Positions 62,732 to 64,000 of a stretch of DNA of 64,000 bases are shown piece after piece; position 1 is the stretch's first letter; each line of letters starts with the position of its first letter. A program made the position numbers and the translations under genes. The stretch covers positions 62,001 to 126,000 of the IMG/VR virus record IMGVR_UViG_3300023184_000024; one strand, 5' to 3'. Under the pieces are notes generated by a model. It saw only the letters and a program-made list of their open reading frames with translations. It searched no databases and was not told the origin of the DNA.

Positions 62732-63337
62732 ATGCCAGCAGTATTTTTAGTCAGTGATACACACTTCGGACACGCTGGTGTGTGTCGCTTCATGCACCCC
62801 GATGATCCTGAAGTAAAATTACGGCCGTGGACTGATCCCGATGAGATGGATGAGGAAATGGTGCGACGATGGAACGACCGTGTGCGACCCAACGACAAGG
62901 TCTACCATTTGGGCGATGTTGTCATCAACCGTAAGGCCATGAAAACCTTGCATCGCTTGAATGGTGACAAGGTGTTGATACGCGGCAACCATGACATCTT
63001 CCGTGACGAGGAGTACAGAGAACACTTTCGTGAGTTGCGAGCATACCATGTCATGAACGGAATGATCTTGAGTCATATTCCTGTGCACGAAGCCAGCTTG
63101 GGCAGGTTTGGTACAAACATTCACGGACACTTGCACGCCAGTCGTGTAAAGAAAGTGCGTGGCTACGATGTCGAAACAGGTACCATGTTGTACAGCAACG
63201 AGATTGATCCACGCTACCATTGTGTCTGCGTAGAACAAACCGACTACACGCCCATCTTGTTTGAAGATGTGATCAAACGCATTGAAGCAGAAGGCGGTAG
63301 TGTGGGATTTAAAAACGGCAACGGACCAACTATGTAA
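62732..63337 (+). CDS. Calcineurin-like metallophosphoesterase
   Basis: SDTHFGH, HLGDV, RGNHD, LSHIP, HGHLH. Confidence 0.92.
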   Translation: MPAVFLVSDTHFGHAGVCRFMHPDDPEVKLRPWTDPDEMDEEMVRRWNDRVRPNDKVYHLGDVVINRKAMKTLHRLNGDKVLIRGNHDIFRDEEYREHFRELRAYHVMNGMILSHIPVHEASLGRFGTNIHGHLHASRVKKVRGYDVETGTMLYSNEIDPRYHCVCVEQTDYTPILFEDVIKRIEAEGGSVGFKNGNGPTM

Positions 63338-63342
63338 TACAT

Positions 63343-63417
63343 CGCGGGGTGGAGAAGTGGTAACTCATCGGGCTCATAACCCGAAGATCGACGGTTCGAA
63401 TCCGTCCCCCGCAACCA
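63343..63417 (+). tRNA. Initiator tRNA-fMet(CAT)
   Basis: C1:A72 mismatch, GGG/CCC anticodon stem, CCA. Confidence 0.94.
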
Positions 63418-63418
63418 A

Positions 63419-63883
63419 TTACTGAGTAATTTGCCCTGTTACAGCATCCACATGCACAGGTTGGCGATCAGCAAATGTAAAATCATAAAAAGGATTGCCT
63501 CGATAATCAACAGTTTGGCGTAATCTACAGAACAACCAAACATTTGTGATACCTGCTTTGGTCATAGCCTGTTGTGCTTGAGCACAACTCAGTGTAGGTG
63601 GATATACAAATGCCTGACACTCAGCCACACGAGAGTCATCAAAAGTGGGACCAGTGGCATTGCCCGTAATGTCAACAGTTATAGCATAAGGCTTGGTATC
63701 TTCGGATCCTTGCCAGCAGGTATACATAGTGCCATTATGGTCAGCCTCAGCAAGATAAAATTTAGATCCGTTTTGATGTAGATCCATAAGGCTTTTGGCT
63801 CCCCAGATCTGTTGATCAAAACTCAAGGGAGACAACAACCTTAGTCGTCGTAAATACTGTTTTATACGTGTTATTATTGACAT
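63419..63883 (-). CDS. Hypothetical protein with PepSY-like C-terminus (only minus-strand gene)
   Basis: AAGGA RBS upstream on the minus strand; LSCAQAQQAM...YDFTF...VHVDAVTGQI. Confidence 0.6.
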   Translation of the reverse strand: MSIITRIKQYLRRLRLLSPLSFDQQIWGAKSLMDLHQNGSKFYLAEADHNGTMYTCWQGSEDTKPYAITVDITGNATGPTFDDSRVAECQAFVYPPTLSCAQAQQAMTKAGITNVWLFCRLRQTVDYRGNPFYDFTFADRQPVHVDAVTGQITQ

Positions 63884-63936
63884 AATTACATTTCCTTTTG
63901 TTGATAATACTTATTTAATTAATGTTAAACATCAAT

Positions 63937-64000
63937 GCCTGGTTAGTTCAGCGGTAGAACTCCGTCTTTACACGGCGGCTGTCGGCGGTTCGATCCCGTC
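63937..64000 (+). tRNA. tRNA-Val(TAC), truncated by window end
   Basis: CCGTC-TTTACAC-GGCGG anticodon arm; GGTTCGATCCC T-arm. Confidence 0.88.

Overview
This 64 kb window is from a large, AT-rich dsDNA bacteriophage (jumbo, T4-like architecture). It reads in standard code 11 and all but one gene lie on the + strand. No rRNA, CRISPR array or capsid/tail genes are visible. Layout: (1) 1.4-13.5 kb: late-promoter (TAAATA) cluster of modular proteins with T4-like capsid-targeting N-termini (M[KR]xxEF[IV]xE) and [VIL]xE linkers. These carry nucleotidyltransferase, zincin, kinase, GNAT, ParB-like and Gp88-like domains, plus Dps. (2) 15.5-23.7 kb: family B DNA polymerase, probable sliding clamp, and a PLP enzyme / 2OG-Fe oxygenase / TGT-DpdA-like operon. 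(3) 23.7-27.4 kb: small repeat-bearing ORFs and a QueD-paralog with the LxxxHRHxF motif (DpdL-like). (4) 28-50 kb: sugar, modification and auxiliary metabolism genes (GT-B, RmlB, C-methyltransferase, GalE, FolE, MFS, acyl-adenylating ligase, S8 protease, HIT, QueD, peroxiredoxin, YccA, QueE). (5) 50-59 kb: RNase H and an array of sigma70 promoter-headed early cassettes. (6) 58-64 kb: B12 radical SAM and 10 tRNA genes. The best candidates for undescribed biology are: a QueC-less 7-deazaguanine DNA-modification pathway with a riboswitch-like pseudoknot ahead of queD; a leader-peptide attenuator upstream of the tRNA cluster; a UAU-anticodon tRNA with a long variable arm; a GTTG-N8-CAAC operator on promoter cassettes; and protease-processed virion-packaged effector polyproteins. 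All family assignments come from motif recognition by eye; no database search was run.
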